DNA of 64,000 nt from positions 4,128,001-4,192,000 of the forward strand of contig CAWDXG010000004.1 of NCBI GenBank assembly GCA_963806225.1, given 5' to 3'. Below are positions 22,595-32,072 of the stretch, in pieces. Numbering within the stretch: position 1 is the first letter of the stretch; each line of letters opens with the position of its first letter. The position numbers and the translations under genes are program-made. The notes below the pieces were generated by a model. That model had not been told where the DNA came from, searched no databases, and saw only the letters and a list, made by a program, of their open reading frames with translations. This DNA is from an uncultured delta proteobacterium. Its GTDB lineage: Bacteria > Myxococcota_A > Polyangia > Polyangiales > Polyangiaceae.

Positions 22595-23998
22595 ATGTTC
22601 TATCGCACGCTGCTGGGCGTTCTGACGCTCCTGGCAGGCGCCGTCGTGCTCTCGACCTTCGCCGGCTGCACGTGCAGCAGTCCGCACCCCATGGAATGCC
22701 ACGAGGCCGACGACTGCGCGGGGCGTGACTGGACGGAGAGCCTGTGCTCCGAGGACGAGGGGCGCTGGGAATGCGAATACAACCGCTGCGTCGGCAAGTG
22801 CAACCCCATGTGCCAGATCGACAGCGACTGCGACGACAAGACGTGGCCAGAGTTCATGGTCGGCTGCCCGCAGCAGGGCGGCTACTGGACGTGCCATAAC
22901 AGCATGTGCACGGCTCACTGCGACGGGCCCCAGTGCACCGACGCGAGCGACTGCAGCGACAGGACGTGGCCCGCCGACGCCGGCTGCGACGAAGCCGACG
23001 GAGCCTGGGAGTGTAGCCATGGCTTCTGCAACGCCGTCTGCCAGGGTGGATGCAGCACTGCCACCGACTGCAGCGGCAAGGCCTGGCCGGGCGGAGTGCC
23101 CTGCGAAGAAGCCGACGGCTACTGGGACTGCACCGCCGGGCAGTGCGTCGCCGCGTGCAATCCCGAATGCAACACGGACAGCGATTGCGCGACCTTCAAG
23201 TGGAACCAGGTCTGTGTCGGCAACTGGGACTGCACCGAGGGCCAGTGCGAGCCGGTGTGCGACCCGGTCAGCTGCGGCGACGGAAACTGCGCTGTCGCCG
23301 CTGGTGAAACGCGCGACTCGTGCCCTGCAGACTGCAAGACGCCGTGCAGCGACGACGCCGACTGCGTGAACAGCGGCGACGTGTGGGAACCGCCCTGTGC
23401 CGGCCGCTGGGAGTGCAGCGGCGTGTGCGATCCACTGTGCGACTACTCGACCTGCGGAGACGGCACCTGCGACGCGAGCGCCGGCGAAGACGCGGTCAGC
23501 TGCCCGGCGGACTGTCTCGACCATTGCCAGTGGCCGAGCGACTGCGTCTACGAGAAGTGGACGCAGATCTGCCAGGGGCGGCACACCTGCTTCATGGGTC
23601 AGTGCCAGCAGACCTGCGACAGCAACGGCTGCGGTAACGGAACCTGCGACGATCCTCTCGGCGAAGAGTCCGAGTCGTGCTTCATCGACTGCCTGGGCGG
23701 ACCGTGCGACACCACCGTCGATTGCCTCGGCTACCGCTGGTACGAGAAGAACTGCACCGGAGGCGGCGGCCACTGGGCGTGCTCGCATCCCGCCGGCGCG
23801 TGCGAGGCAGTGTGCGACAACACGGCTTGTGGCGACGGCGCCTGCGACGTGCTCGGCGGCGAGTCCGCCACGGGCTGCCCCGCGGACTGCCAGCAGTACG
23901 ACTGCAACCTGAGCACCGACTGCAGCGGGCTCACCCTGCCGCAGGGCTGCAACGACTGGCTGTGCGTGCGGCGCAACTGCACGCCGGTGTGTCCGTAG
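22595..23998 (+). CDS. Cysteine-rich repeat lipoprotein
   Basis: Lipobox FAGC; 9 six-Cys and 4 CG(D/N)GxC repeats; GAGGAGG RBS. Confidence 0.85.
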   Translation: MFYRTLLGVLTLLAGAVVLSTFAGCTCSSPHPMECHEADDCAGRDWTESLCSEDEGRWECEYNRCVGKCNPMCQIDSDCDDKTWPEFMVGCPQQGGYWTCHNSMCTAHCDGPQCTDASDCSDRTWPADAGCDEADGAWECSHGFCNAVCQGGCSTATDCSGKAWPGGVPCEEADGYWDCTAGQCVAACNPECNTDSDCATFKWNQVCVGNWDCTEGQCEPVCDPVSCGDGNCAVAAGETRDSCPADCKTPCSDDADCVNSGDVWEPPCAGRWECSGVCDPLCDYSTCGDGTCDASAGEDAVSCPADCLDHCQWPSDCVYEKWTQICQGRHTCFMGQCQQTCDSNGCGNGTCDDPLGEESESCFIDCLGGPCDTTVDCLGYRWYEKNCTGGGGHWACSHPAGACEAVCDNTACGDGACDVLGGESATGCPADCQQYDCNLSTDCSGLTLPQGCNDWLCVRRNCTPVCP

Positions 23999-24121
23999 TC
24001 CGGACTTCCTGCCACACTCCTGACATCATCGCCATAAAAGCGTAGTAGTTTCAATATGATTCAGCGACTGCGCTGGTCTGCTCGGCTGAATGCCTGCGGT
24101 CCGCGCTACGACAGAGGGGCC

Positions 24122-24724
24122 ATGCGCGCTTCGCTTCCGATCGCTCTGTCCCTGCTGCTCGCGCCGCTCGCCCTCGCTGTGGCGTGCGGTCCCCAGATGA
24201 CCGGCCAGCCCGCGGCTGGGCCAGAGACCGCATCGAGCCCACCGGCTGCGAGCGCGGCGGAGCCCGCGCCGAGCGAACCCACAACAACGTCTGCTCCCGC
24301 GACCCCCGCACCGGCGGAGCCTGCGCCAACCGCCGTGGAGTGCACCAAGGACGAGGCGTGCAGCGGAGCCGACGCCGGACCGCTGCCGCTGCGCGCCGGC
24401 AAGGGCACCGACCCCTTTGCCCACAAAAGCGACGCGGCCGCCAAGAGCGCGCCGCCGTGCACGAAGGACACGTTGAAGAAGCAGCTGCAGAGCATCGTCG
24501 ACGCCTGCCGGAAGAGCAGCCGCTCCATCTGCGGGGATCTCGTGCTGCACACGGCCGCCGGCAAGGATGCGGGCAGCGACAACGTGAGCGTCGACTTCAA
24601 CCTCGGCACGAGCGGCGACACCCTCGGCTTTTCGAAGTGCGTGGTCGGCCGCATCAACAGCGTGAAGTGGGAATGCGCCGAGCGCGGCGACGACATCCAT
24701 CTCGACCTGGGCTGCCGGCTCTGA
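24122..24724 (+). CDS. Hypothetical lipoprotein (Pro/Ala linker, Cys-containing C-domain)
   Basis: Signal peptide ending LAVAC. Confidence 0.7.
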   Translation: MRASLPIALSLLLAPLALAVACGPQMTGQPAAGPETASSPPAASAAEPAPSEPTTTSAPATPAPAEPAPTAVECTKDEACSGADAGPLPLRAGKGTDPFAHKSDAAAKSAPPCTKDTLKKQLQSIVDACRKSSRSICGDLVLHTAAGKDAGSDNVSVDFNLGTSGDTLGFSKCVVGRINSVKWECAERGDDIHLDLGCRL

Positions 24725-24747
24725 CACGGCGCGGGCGCCGTTCTGCG

Positions 24748-25452
24748 TCACCCGAAGTCGAGCTCGAGCTGCCGGCTCACACGCGACAGCGCGCGGTCCA
24801 GCTCATGGCGTAGCTGCAGCTCGAAGTCGTTCCACAGCGCCTCGGCCGGGGGCTGGCCCTGCACGCCCGCCACCTGGTTGTCGCTGTGCGCGTCCACGCG
24901 CGCGCGGCAGAGCGGCTTGCCGCTCTCGAGATCGAAGATGAACAAGCCGCCTGAAAACGCGCCGGGGTGGTACTTCCTGCCGTCCATGCGCGGCAGCTCG
25001 CGGTGCGAGCTCCTGAGCACCGCGATGTAGGCGTAGTCGCGCTGGACCTTCTTGATGTTCCACAGGGCATCGATGGTCTGCTTCTTCGTGTGCACCTCGG
25101 CGAGCGGCGGCACGACGCGCAGCGCCGGAGTGGTCAGGAACTTCCAGCGCCCGCGATCGTCGGCGCTCTTTCCGGCGTAGCGACCCAGAACCTGGTACTC
25201 GGCCAGGAGCAGGCTGCCCGTCTTGCCGTGCAGCTGCTTCTCGATCGCGTCGTCGGGGCACGCCTGGTCCTCGACGTTCTGCGCGTCCGGCGCGGCGCTG
25301 CGGATCGCGGCGAGGCGATGCTCGAAGTCGGCCACGCGCTGGTGCAGGCGCGCGAGCTCGGGATCGGGCGTCTTTTCGCCGCCTTCGGTCGAGTGGCAAC
25401 CCGCCACGGCGACGAGCAGGAGGGCCGTGATCAGAGCGAAGCGGGGCGGCAT
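24748..25452 (-). CDS. Hypothetical lipoprotein
   Basis: MPPRFALITALLLVAVAGC lipobox. Confidence 0.7.
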   Translation of the reverse strand: MPPRFALITALLLVAVAGCHSTEGGEKTPDPELARLHQRVADFEHRLAAIRSAAPDAQNVEDQACPDDAIEKQLHGKTGSLLLAEYQVLGRYAGKSADDRGRWKFLTTPALRVVPPLAEVHTKKQTIDALWNIKKVQRDYAYIAVLRSSHRELPRMDGRKYHPGAFSGGLFIFDLESGKPLCRARVDAHSDNQVAGVQGQPPAEALWNDFELQLRHELDRALSRVSRQLELDFG

Positions 25453-25489
25453 CGGCCCGTAATCTAGCGCATCGGTGCGGCGGAGCCGA

Positions 25490-27314
25490 TCACGGCAACA
25501 GGCCGGCCACGTCGACGCGCCCGCGGTGGTCGGCCTCGAAGCGCTTCTCCATCTTCGCAACGAAGGGCTGATCGGGATCGATCCGCTCCAGATCGGCGAG
25601 GATGGCGCGCACGCTGTCGCGGTCGCCGAGGGCGGCCAGAGCGACGGCCTGCTCCTGGGCGCGCGAAGCCAGCACAGCCAGCGTTGCACCATCCCGGTGC
25701 TGGGGCGTGATCGCCGCGGCGAGCACGCGGGAGAAGGCTTTGTGCTCCTCGGCCAGCGCCGGCGTGCGGTCGGAGCGGCCCAGCGCGTGGGGCGCGAAGC
25801 CGAGCCAGAGCGGCCGCGGCGTGAGGTGATCGACCAGACGCTGGTCCCAGTTTGGATCCAGCTCGACGTACAGCGGCCGCGCGTCGGCCAGCGTGGAGAG
25901 CGAGTACTCGGTCGGCCTGCCGCGGATAGCCATGTCGCGCACCAGCGGCGCGAGCTTCGGCTCCCGGGCGAGCAGCTCGCTGGCGATGCTGCCGCGGTCG
26001 AGCAGGGGCAGCGGCACCACGACGATGTCGGGCCGTTCCCCACGCACCAGCCGCGCCGCCCACAGGCGCCACGCCACGGCGGGCGAGCGGATGAGCAGCA
26101 TGCTGTGCGGCGGCAGATCGCCGAGCGCCTCGTCCGTCCACACCTCCGCGCCGTACTGCGAGCGGCGGTCGGCGACGTAGGACGAGTCCTCGGCCGTCAC
26201 CAGCACCAGGGTGAAGTTGAACACCACGAGCAGCACGGCGGCGGGACGCGCCATGGGGATGTTCGCGCGGCGCAGGCCGAGCGCGACCGTGTGCACGCCC
26301 AGCGCGGCCGCGATGCCGAGCGCGATCACGGCCGAGAGCCTGAGCGGCGAGAGCGGATCCGGCGACAGCACGCCGGCCCGGCTCGCGGGAAAGACCACAT
26401 CGGCCAGCACCAGCGCTCCGAGCGGCGCCATCAGCCAGCGCGTCCGTGCGCGCAGGAGCCCCCACGCGCCACCCATCACGGCCAGGCCCATCGAGATCAC
26501 GCCCACGTCGCGCAGCCACGCGGTCAACGCGCCGGCCTTTCGCGCAGCCGTGTCCACGGCGGCCAGCGGCGCGGTCGATAGCCCGTAGCCCAGATCCACC
26601 CACGCGCGACCGGACAACGGCCGCACCAGCGCCGGGACCAGACACAGGAGCGTTGCAATGCCGGCACCCGCCGCGCACAGCACCACGTTCCGACGCGGCG
26701 GCACCTCGGCGAGCACGGCCACCTGCACCCCGAGCACCAGCATCAGCGCCAGACCGGCCACGTGGCTCTCGAAGACGGTCAGAGCGATGAGCGCACCGAA
26801 GCCGAGCCACACGCGCGCGTCGCGCGTTTCCGCGCGGGGCCGGACGAGGAGCCCGCCGAGCACGAGAGCCACCGACAGCGTGGCGCCGCCGGCAATCGTG
26901 CCCTCGAGCTGCCAGACCGGCGAGAGCGTCGCAATCAGCACGGCTGCGAGGGCCAGCGGAGGCGTCAGCCGTGGGGTGTGGGCGTTGTCGTCCAGCAGGC
27001 GGCGCGCCAGCGCGTAGGCAAGCCGTGCCGACAGGGCGAGGCCCACCGCGCTGACCAGCGACGCCCTGAGCAGCCGCCCCCCGACAGGCAGCAGTGAAGA
27101 GAGCTGCATGAGCAGGCTGGACAGGGTGCCCTCGCCGCCGATGGGCACGATGCCGAGACCGCGCACGATGGACAGAATCGTCGCGCCACTGGGTCGCCGG
27201 GCTGGCCCGGAGCGCCGTGACAATCAGCGGCACGCCGAGCGAAAGCCAGGCGCACACCGGGTCGAGCCAGTGGCGCTGGGACGGCGCGGCCGCATCGCGG
27301 GGTGCCTCCTGCAC
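25490..27314 (-). CDS. Polytopic membrane protein (GT-C/DUF2723-like), +1 frameshift at ~27176
   Basis: Many TM helices; N-terminal ...QWRDD joins LSIVRGLG if one base is removed; family call tentative. Confidence 0.6.
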
Positions 27315-27460
27315 GCGCCCAGCCCTGCCATGTCCGCGGATTTCGGGCCAATTTCCGGCGATCCCCATCAGCCCGCCCCTACTGCCCGGCATTGAATGCC
27401 CGGCCCCCGCGCGCTAGATGCGGTGCTCCGTTTTCCACTGTCCCCGGACAAGGAGCCCCC

Positions 27461-29350
27461 GTGGCCCGTTTCATCGATGAGCTGAAGAGAACCCACGACT
27501 GCGGTGCCCTCCGCGCCGGCGACATCGGCACCGAGGTGGTGCTGTTCGGCTGGGTGCACAACCGCCGCGACCACGGCTCGCTCATCTTCGTGGATCTGCG
27601 CGACCGCGAGGGCCTGACGCAGATCGTCTTCGACCCCGACATCTCCGCCCAGGCGCACCAGCTCGCCGAGAGCGTGCGCGGCGAGTGGGTGCTCGGCATC
27701 CGTGGGCGCGTCCGTTCGCGCGGCGAGCAGTGGAGCAAGAAAGAAAACAAGATGGTCAGCGCCGCGAACCCCAACCTCGCTACCGGCGAGATCGAGGTCG
27801 AGGTGCTGGAGGCCACGGTGTTCAACCGTGCCGAGACGCCGCCCTTCGAGATCGCGGACGACCTCGACACGCGGGAGGAGATCCGCCTCACGCACCGCTA
27901 CGTCGACCTCCGGCGCACCCCGCTGCAGCAGGCGCTGCGCATGCGCCACAACGTGAACCAGGCGACGCGGAACTATCTCGCAGGCCAGGGCTGCATGGAG
28001 ATCGAGACGCCGTTCCTGGTGAAGTACACGCCGGGCGGCGCGCGCAACTTCCTGGTGCCGGCCCGGCTCAGCCCGGGGAAGTTCTACGCGCTGGCCGAGA
28101 GCCCGCAGCTGTTCAAGCAGCTGTTCATGGTCGCGGGCTTCGACCGCTACTTCCAGATCGTGCGCTGCTTCCGCGACGAGGATCTGCGCATCGACCGCCA
28201 GCCCGAGTTCACGCAGATCGACATCGAGCTGTCGTTCGTGAACCAGGACAACGTCTTCAACATGGTGGAAGGGCTGATCTTCGCGATCTGGAAGGCGGGG
28301 CTGGGTATCGACCTCGCGGAGAAGTATCCGGACGGGCATTTCCCACGCATGAAGTTCCACGATTCGATGCAGAAATACGGCAACGACAAGCCGGACCTGC
28401 GCTTCGACATGGCCCACGTGGACCTGACGGATCTGATCATCGAACACACGGGCGGGGCGGTGCCGTTCTGGCAGCCCATCGCCGAGAAGTTCCGGAGCGG
28501 CGCCTACCGCCGCGACCTGCCCACCGAGATCGTCAAGGCGTTGGTGGTCCCGAAGAGCGCCAACCTGTCGCGCGCCGACGGCGACAAGCTGGAGAAGATC
28601 GCCAAGGGCATGGGCGCTGCGGGCCTGGCACGCGCCAAGGTCGCCGCGGACGGCAGCTGGACGCAGTCGCCACTCGCCAAGACCATCACACCCGAGCTGC
28701 GCACGGCGATCAACGAGGCGACGGGAGCCGGGGAGGGCGATCTCATCCTGTTCCAGTTCGGGCGCACGTCGCTGGTGCACACCGTGCTTGCGAACCTACG
28801 GGTCGAGCTCGGCAAGAAGCTCGGGCTCATCCCGGAGGTCGGCCACGGAGGCGACTTCAACTTCCTGTGGGTCGTGGACCCGCCGCTGTTCGAGCACGAC
28901 GACGACGGCAAGCGCTGGGTCGCGGCGCACCACGCCTTCACGCGCCCGCACGACGAGCACGTCGCACTGCTGGAACAGGATCCGGGCAAGGTGCTCTGCT
29001 ACCGCTACGACCTCGTGCTGAACGGGTTCGAGATCGCGGGCGGCTCGATCCGCCTGCACGACCCGGACGTGCAGAAGCGCGTCTTCTCCGTGCTCGGCAT
29101 CTCCGACGAGGAGGCGCAGGAGAAGTTCGGCTTCCTGCTCTCCGCGCTCCGCTACGGCGCCCCGCCGCACGGCGGCATCGCCCTCGGCATGGACCGCATC
29201 GCGATGCTGCTCGCCGGTACGGACAGCATCCGCGACGTGATCGCGTTCCCGAAGACGCAGAAGGGGACGGACCTGATGAGCGACGCGCCCGGAGCCGTCA
29301 GCCCCGGGCAGCTCGCCGAGCTCGGCATCAAGAGCCTCGGAAGCGGCTGA
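27461..29350 (+). CDS. aspS: Aspartate--tRNA ligase
   Basis: RTHDCG, RRDHG, FRDEDLRIDRQPEFTQID and PPHGGIALG; AGGAG RBS; GTG start. Confidence 0.97.
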   Translation: MARFIDELKRTHDCGALRAGDIGTEVVLFGWVHNRRDHGSLIFVDLRDREGLTQIVFDPDISAQAHQLAESVRGEWVLGIRGRVRSRGEQWSKKENKMVSAANPNLATGEIEVEVLEATVFNRAETPPFEIADDLDTREEIRLTHRYVDLRRTPLQQALRMRHNVNQATRNYLAGQGCMEIETPFLVKYTPGGARNFLVPARLSPGKFYALAESPQLFKQLFMVAGFDRYFQIVRCFRDEDLRIDRQPEFTQIDIELSFVNQDNVFNMVEGLIFAIWKAGLGIDLAEKYPDGHFPRMKFHDSMQKYGNDKPDLRFDMAHVDLTDLIIEHTGGAVPFWQPIAEKFRSGAYRRDLPTEIVKALVVPKSANLSRADGDKLEKIAKGMGAAGLARAKVAADGSWTQSPLAKTITPELRTAINEATGAGEGDLILFQFGRTSLVHTVLANLRVELGKKLGLIPEVGHGGDFNFLWVVDPPLFEHDDDGKRWVAAHHAFTRPHDEHVALLEQDPGKVLCYRYDLVLNGFEIAGGSIRLHDPDVQKRVFSVLGISDEEAQEKFGFLLSALRYGAPPHGGIALGMDRIAMLLAGTDSIRDVIAFPKTQKGTDLMSDAPGAVSPGQLAELGIKSLGSG

Positions 29351-29408
29351 AATGCCGCATTCTCGACTGAACGAATGCGCCCCTCCCGCCGCCCGGTAAG
29401 GCGGCGAC

Positions 29409-29438
29409 TTGACGCAGCTTTCTCTCACCCGGCACGAT
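29409..29438 (+). promoter_or_regulatory. Putative sigma70-type promoter of the chemosensory operon
   Basis: TTGACG-18 bp-CACGAT just upstream of ATG 29449. Confidence 0.4.
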
Positions 29439-29448
29439 CTTCGCCCCC

Positions 29449-30846
29449 ATGGGAGCACGCATCCTCGTCGTCGACGACAGCTCCACCATCCGCAAGGTGG
29501 TCGCGACGATTCTCGAAACACGAGCCTACGAGGCGCTGACCGCCGAGGACGGGCAGCACGCGCTCGAAATGCTCGGCAGTGGCGAGAAGATCGATCTGGT
29601 CCTGCTCGACTTCGTGATGCCGCGCATGAACGGCTACCAGTTCTGCCGCGAGCTCCGCGCCAAGGAAGGCCTGAAGAACGTCCCCGTGGTGCTCATGAGC
29701 GCCAAGGGCGACAAGATCCGCGGGCAGTTCGTCCAGCAGACCGGCGCCATCGATGCCATCACCAAACCGTTCGATGCGCGCGGCTTGATCGCGGTGGTCG
29801 AGGGGGCACTCAAGCGCCAGGAAGAAGGGCGCGCCCGCCCGGTGCCCGACGCGGCGGCCATGCCGGACGAGGAGACCCTCGCCGACAGCCTGCGCCCCAG
29901 CTCGGTCAGCCTGTCGAGTGACCCCGCGTACGCGCGCGTCCGCTCGGTCCTGGAGGTCGGGCAGACCCTGATCAAGCTGCTCGTTCCCGAGATCTGCAGG
30001 CTGCCCGAGGTGGCGGACCACGCCGAGCGGAAGATCGCCGACATCATCCAGCACCACCTCACGGAAAACACACTGCGCGAGCTGGCGCCGCTCCTGGCGT
30101 CCTTCGACGAGGGCACGCGCAAGAGCGACGTGCTGGCGGGCGACATCGCCGTCATCTCGATCGCGGAAATCCTGCAGCTGTTGCACCTGCAACGGCAGAC
30201 AGGCGCGCTGACCATCAACTCGCGCCGCAGACAGATCACGCTGTACGTGCGCGAAGGCAACGTCGACTTCGCGACCTCCAGCGGCCTGCGCGACGAGTTC
30301 TTGATGGGACGCTACCTGGTCGAGGACGGAGCGGTGACGCGCGAGGACCTGCAGTCGGTGCTCGAGAGCGCCAAGGCATCGAACAAGATGCTGGGCGAGT
30401 CGCTGACGTCGCTCGGCCTGGTCACCGATGAGCAGATCCAGCACGCGCTGATGCGGCAGACCGCCGAGCTGGTGTACGAGGTGGTGCGCTGGAAGACCGG
30501 ACGTTTCGCCTTCGGCGTCGATTCCGGAGCCGAAGCGCCGACCGAAGCGCGGCTCGGGCTCACGACGGGCGCGCTGGTGATGGAAGGTTTCCGCCGCGTC
30601 GACGAGTGGCGCCTGATCGAGGGGACGTTCGATTTCGACGAGGTCCTGTACCGCGATCAGGTGGCGATCGAACGCATCGGAGACGAATCCAAGCTGACCA
30701 AGCAGGAGCGTGCGGTGCTCGAAGCCATCGACGGCGAACGTACCGTGCGCGAAATCGTCGACGAGATGGAGGGCAGCTCGTTCGAGCTATGCAAGATCCT
30801 CTACCAGTTCCTCAACTCGCGCCTGGTGCGGCGCAAGGCGGCCTGA
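29449..30846 (+). CDS. Response regulator: REC + DUF4388/PATAN-like + MshEN-like helices
   Basis: ILVVDDS, LLDFVMPRMNG and KPF; GDIAVISIAEILQLLHLQRQTGAL; LGESL...G...ALMRQ. Confidence 0.85.
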   Translation: MGARILVVDDSSTIRKVVATILETRAYEALTAEDGQHALEMLGSGEKIDLVLLDFVMPRMNGYQFCRELRAKEGLKNVPVVLMSAKGDKIRGQFVQQTGAIDAITKPFDARGLIAVVEGALKRQEEGRARPVPDAAAMPDEETLADSLRPSSVSLSSDPAYARVRSVLEVGQTLIKLLVPEICRLPEVADHAERKIADIIQHHLTENTLRELAPLLASFDEGTRKSDVLAGDIAVISIAEILQLLHLQRQTGALTINSRRRQITLYVREGNVDFATSSGLRDEFLMGRYLVEDGAVTREDLQSVLESAKASNKMLGESLTSLGLVTDEQIQHALMRQTAELVYEVVRWKTGRFAFGVDSGAEAPTEARLGLTTGALVMEGFRRVDEWRLIEGTFDFDEVLYRDQVAIERIGDESKLTKQERAVLEAIDGERTVREIVDEMEGSSFELCKILYQFLNSRLVRRKAA

Positions 30847-31269
30847 TGGCCCCGGACGCCGCGGAAACGGGGCGTGCCGGCGCTGCGGCACACACCGCCG
30901 GCGTGGTCGTCAGCCTCGACGAGAAGCTGTACTTCGTGCCTGCGGAGATGGCCGGAAGCATCGTCCAGCGCCCCGTCGTCACGCGAGTTCCCGGCACCCA
31001 CATCGGCATGGCGCTGATCGGCGGACGCGTGGTGACGGTCATCGAACGTCGGACCGCGGCGCGAGGAGCTGCTGCTCTGCGAGGTGGAGGGCGAGCCGCT
31101 CGCCCTGTCGGGTCTTTCGGTGTGCGGCTCGGGTTTCTACTCGCTCGAAGGCGACCAGGTCCGCGTCGACGACCAGCTCGTGCCGGGATTCGACGTGAAG
31201 GCTGCGCTTCTCGAAGCCGAGCTCGAGCTGTGGGCCCAGAGACGGGGAACGAGGAATCTCCGCTCATGA
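30846..31269 (+). CDS. CheW-like adaptor, +1 frameshift at 31045-31046
   Basis: VTRVPGTHIGMALIGGRVVTVI(D)V CheW-like motif; overlaps both neighbours. Confidence 0.65.
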
Positions 31270-32048
31270 GCATCGCCGATCGGTTCTACCAGATGCTCAA
31301 GGACCGCATGGAAACAACGCGGCCTGCGCGCAGCCACAGCGGCTTCGACGGAGCGCTGCTCTTCAACTCGCACGACGTTGCAACGCGTTCCACGCAGTCG
31401 GCTACCAGCACGTGCCAAACCGCCGGCGCGACCGCCGCGCAGCAACGAGGCGCACTCGACGCCGCGTCGGATCACGCACGTCTGCTGGTCGCACGGGGAC
31501 GGGATCTCCGGGCGACGGCGCAGCAGGTCCGCGAATCGTTGGAACGGGCCAAGCTGGTCGCGCTCAACGCCGGGCTGGAAGGCTCACGGTTGGGCGAGCC
31601 GGTGGGCAAGGCGATGGTCGCGATTGCCGACGAGATGCGCAGCCTGGTCGGGCGCGGACTGGAGGCACTCGAAGAACACCTGACACTGCTTTCGCAGGTG
31701 GATCGCGAGCGGGACAAGCTGCAGGAACAGGTCGAGCACGCGGGGCAGCGTGCGGGCAGCCTGGCCGAGGAGCTGCTCCGTTCGCAGGCTGCGCTGCGCG
31801 AAGCGAGCGCGGCGCTGGCCAAGCTCGGCGAGGGGCTGCAGCGCAGCACCGGCGCGGACCCGCAGATGGCACGCGCGGTCTCCTCGGCGGCCGAGCACGC
31901 GCGGGGGCTTCTGGCCGCGCTGTCGACGCTGTCCGGCCATTCCCAGCGCGGCCTGATGTGGCGGGCGCTCGCACCCACGATCAAGCCGCTGCTCCGACTG
32001 CTGCGCGATCTGGACCAGGGGGCCCGGGCGCAGAACGGCAGCGGGTAG
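31266..32048 (+). CDS. Short soluble methyl-accepting chemotaxis-like protein
   Basis: KLVALNAGLEGSRLGEPVGKAMVAIADEMRSL, a degenerate MCP hairpin tip; no TM segments. Confidence 0.8.
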   Translation: MSIADRFYQMLKDRMETTRPARSHSGFDGALLFNSHDVATRSTQSATSTCQTAGATAAQQRGALDAASDHARLLVARGRDLRATAQQVRESLERAKLVALNAGLEGSRLGEPVGKAMVAIADEMRSLVGRGLEALEEHLTLLSQVDRERDKLQEQVEHAGQRAGSLAEELLRSQAALREASAALAKLGEGLQRSTGADPQMARAVSSAAEHARGLLAALSTLSGHSQRGLMWRALAPTIKPLLRLLRDLDQGARAQNGSG

Positions 32049-32072
32049 CGATCGAAGTCGGGAGCGCGCAAA

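Noticed and set aside
21900..25452. Integrative island at tRNA-Ser (accessory-looking lipoprotein genes follow)
   Set aside because: No integrase, no duplicated tRNA 3' end seen, and no obvious composition shift
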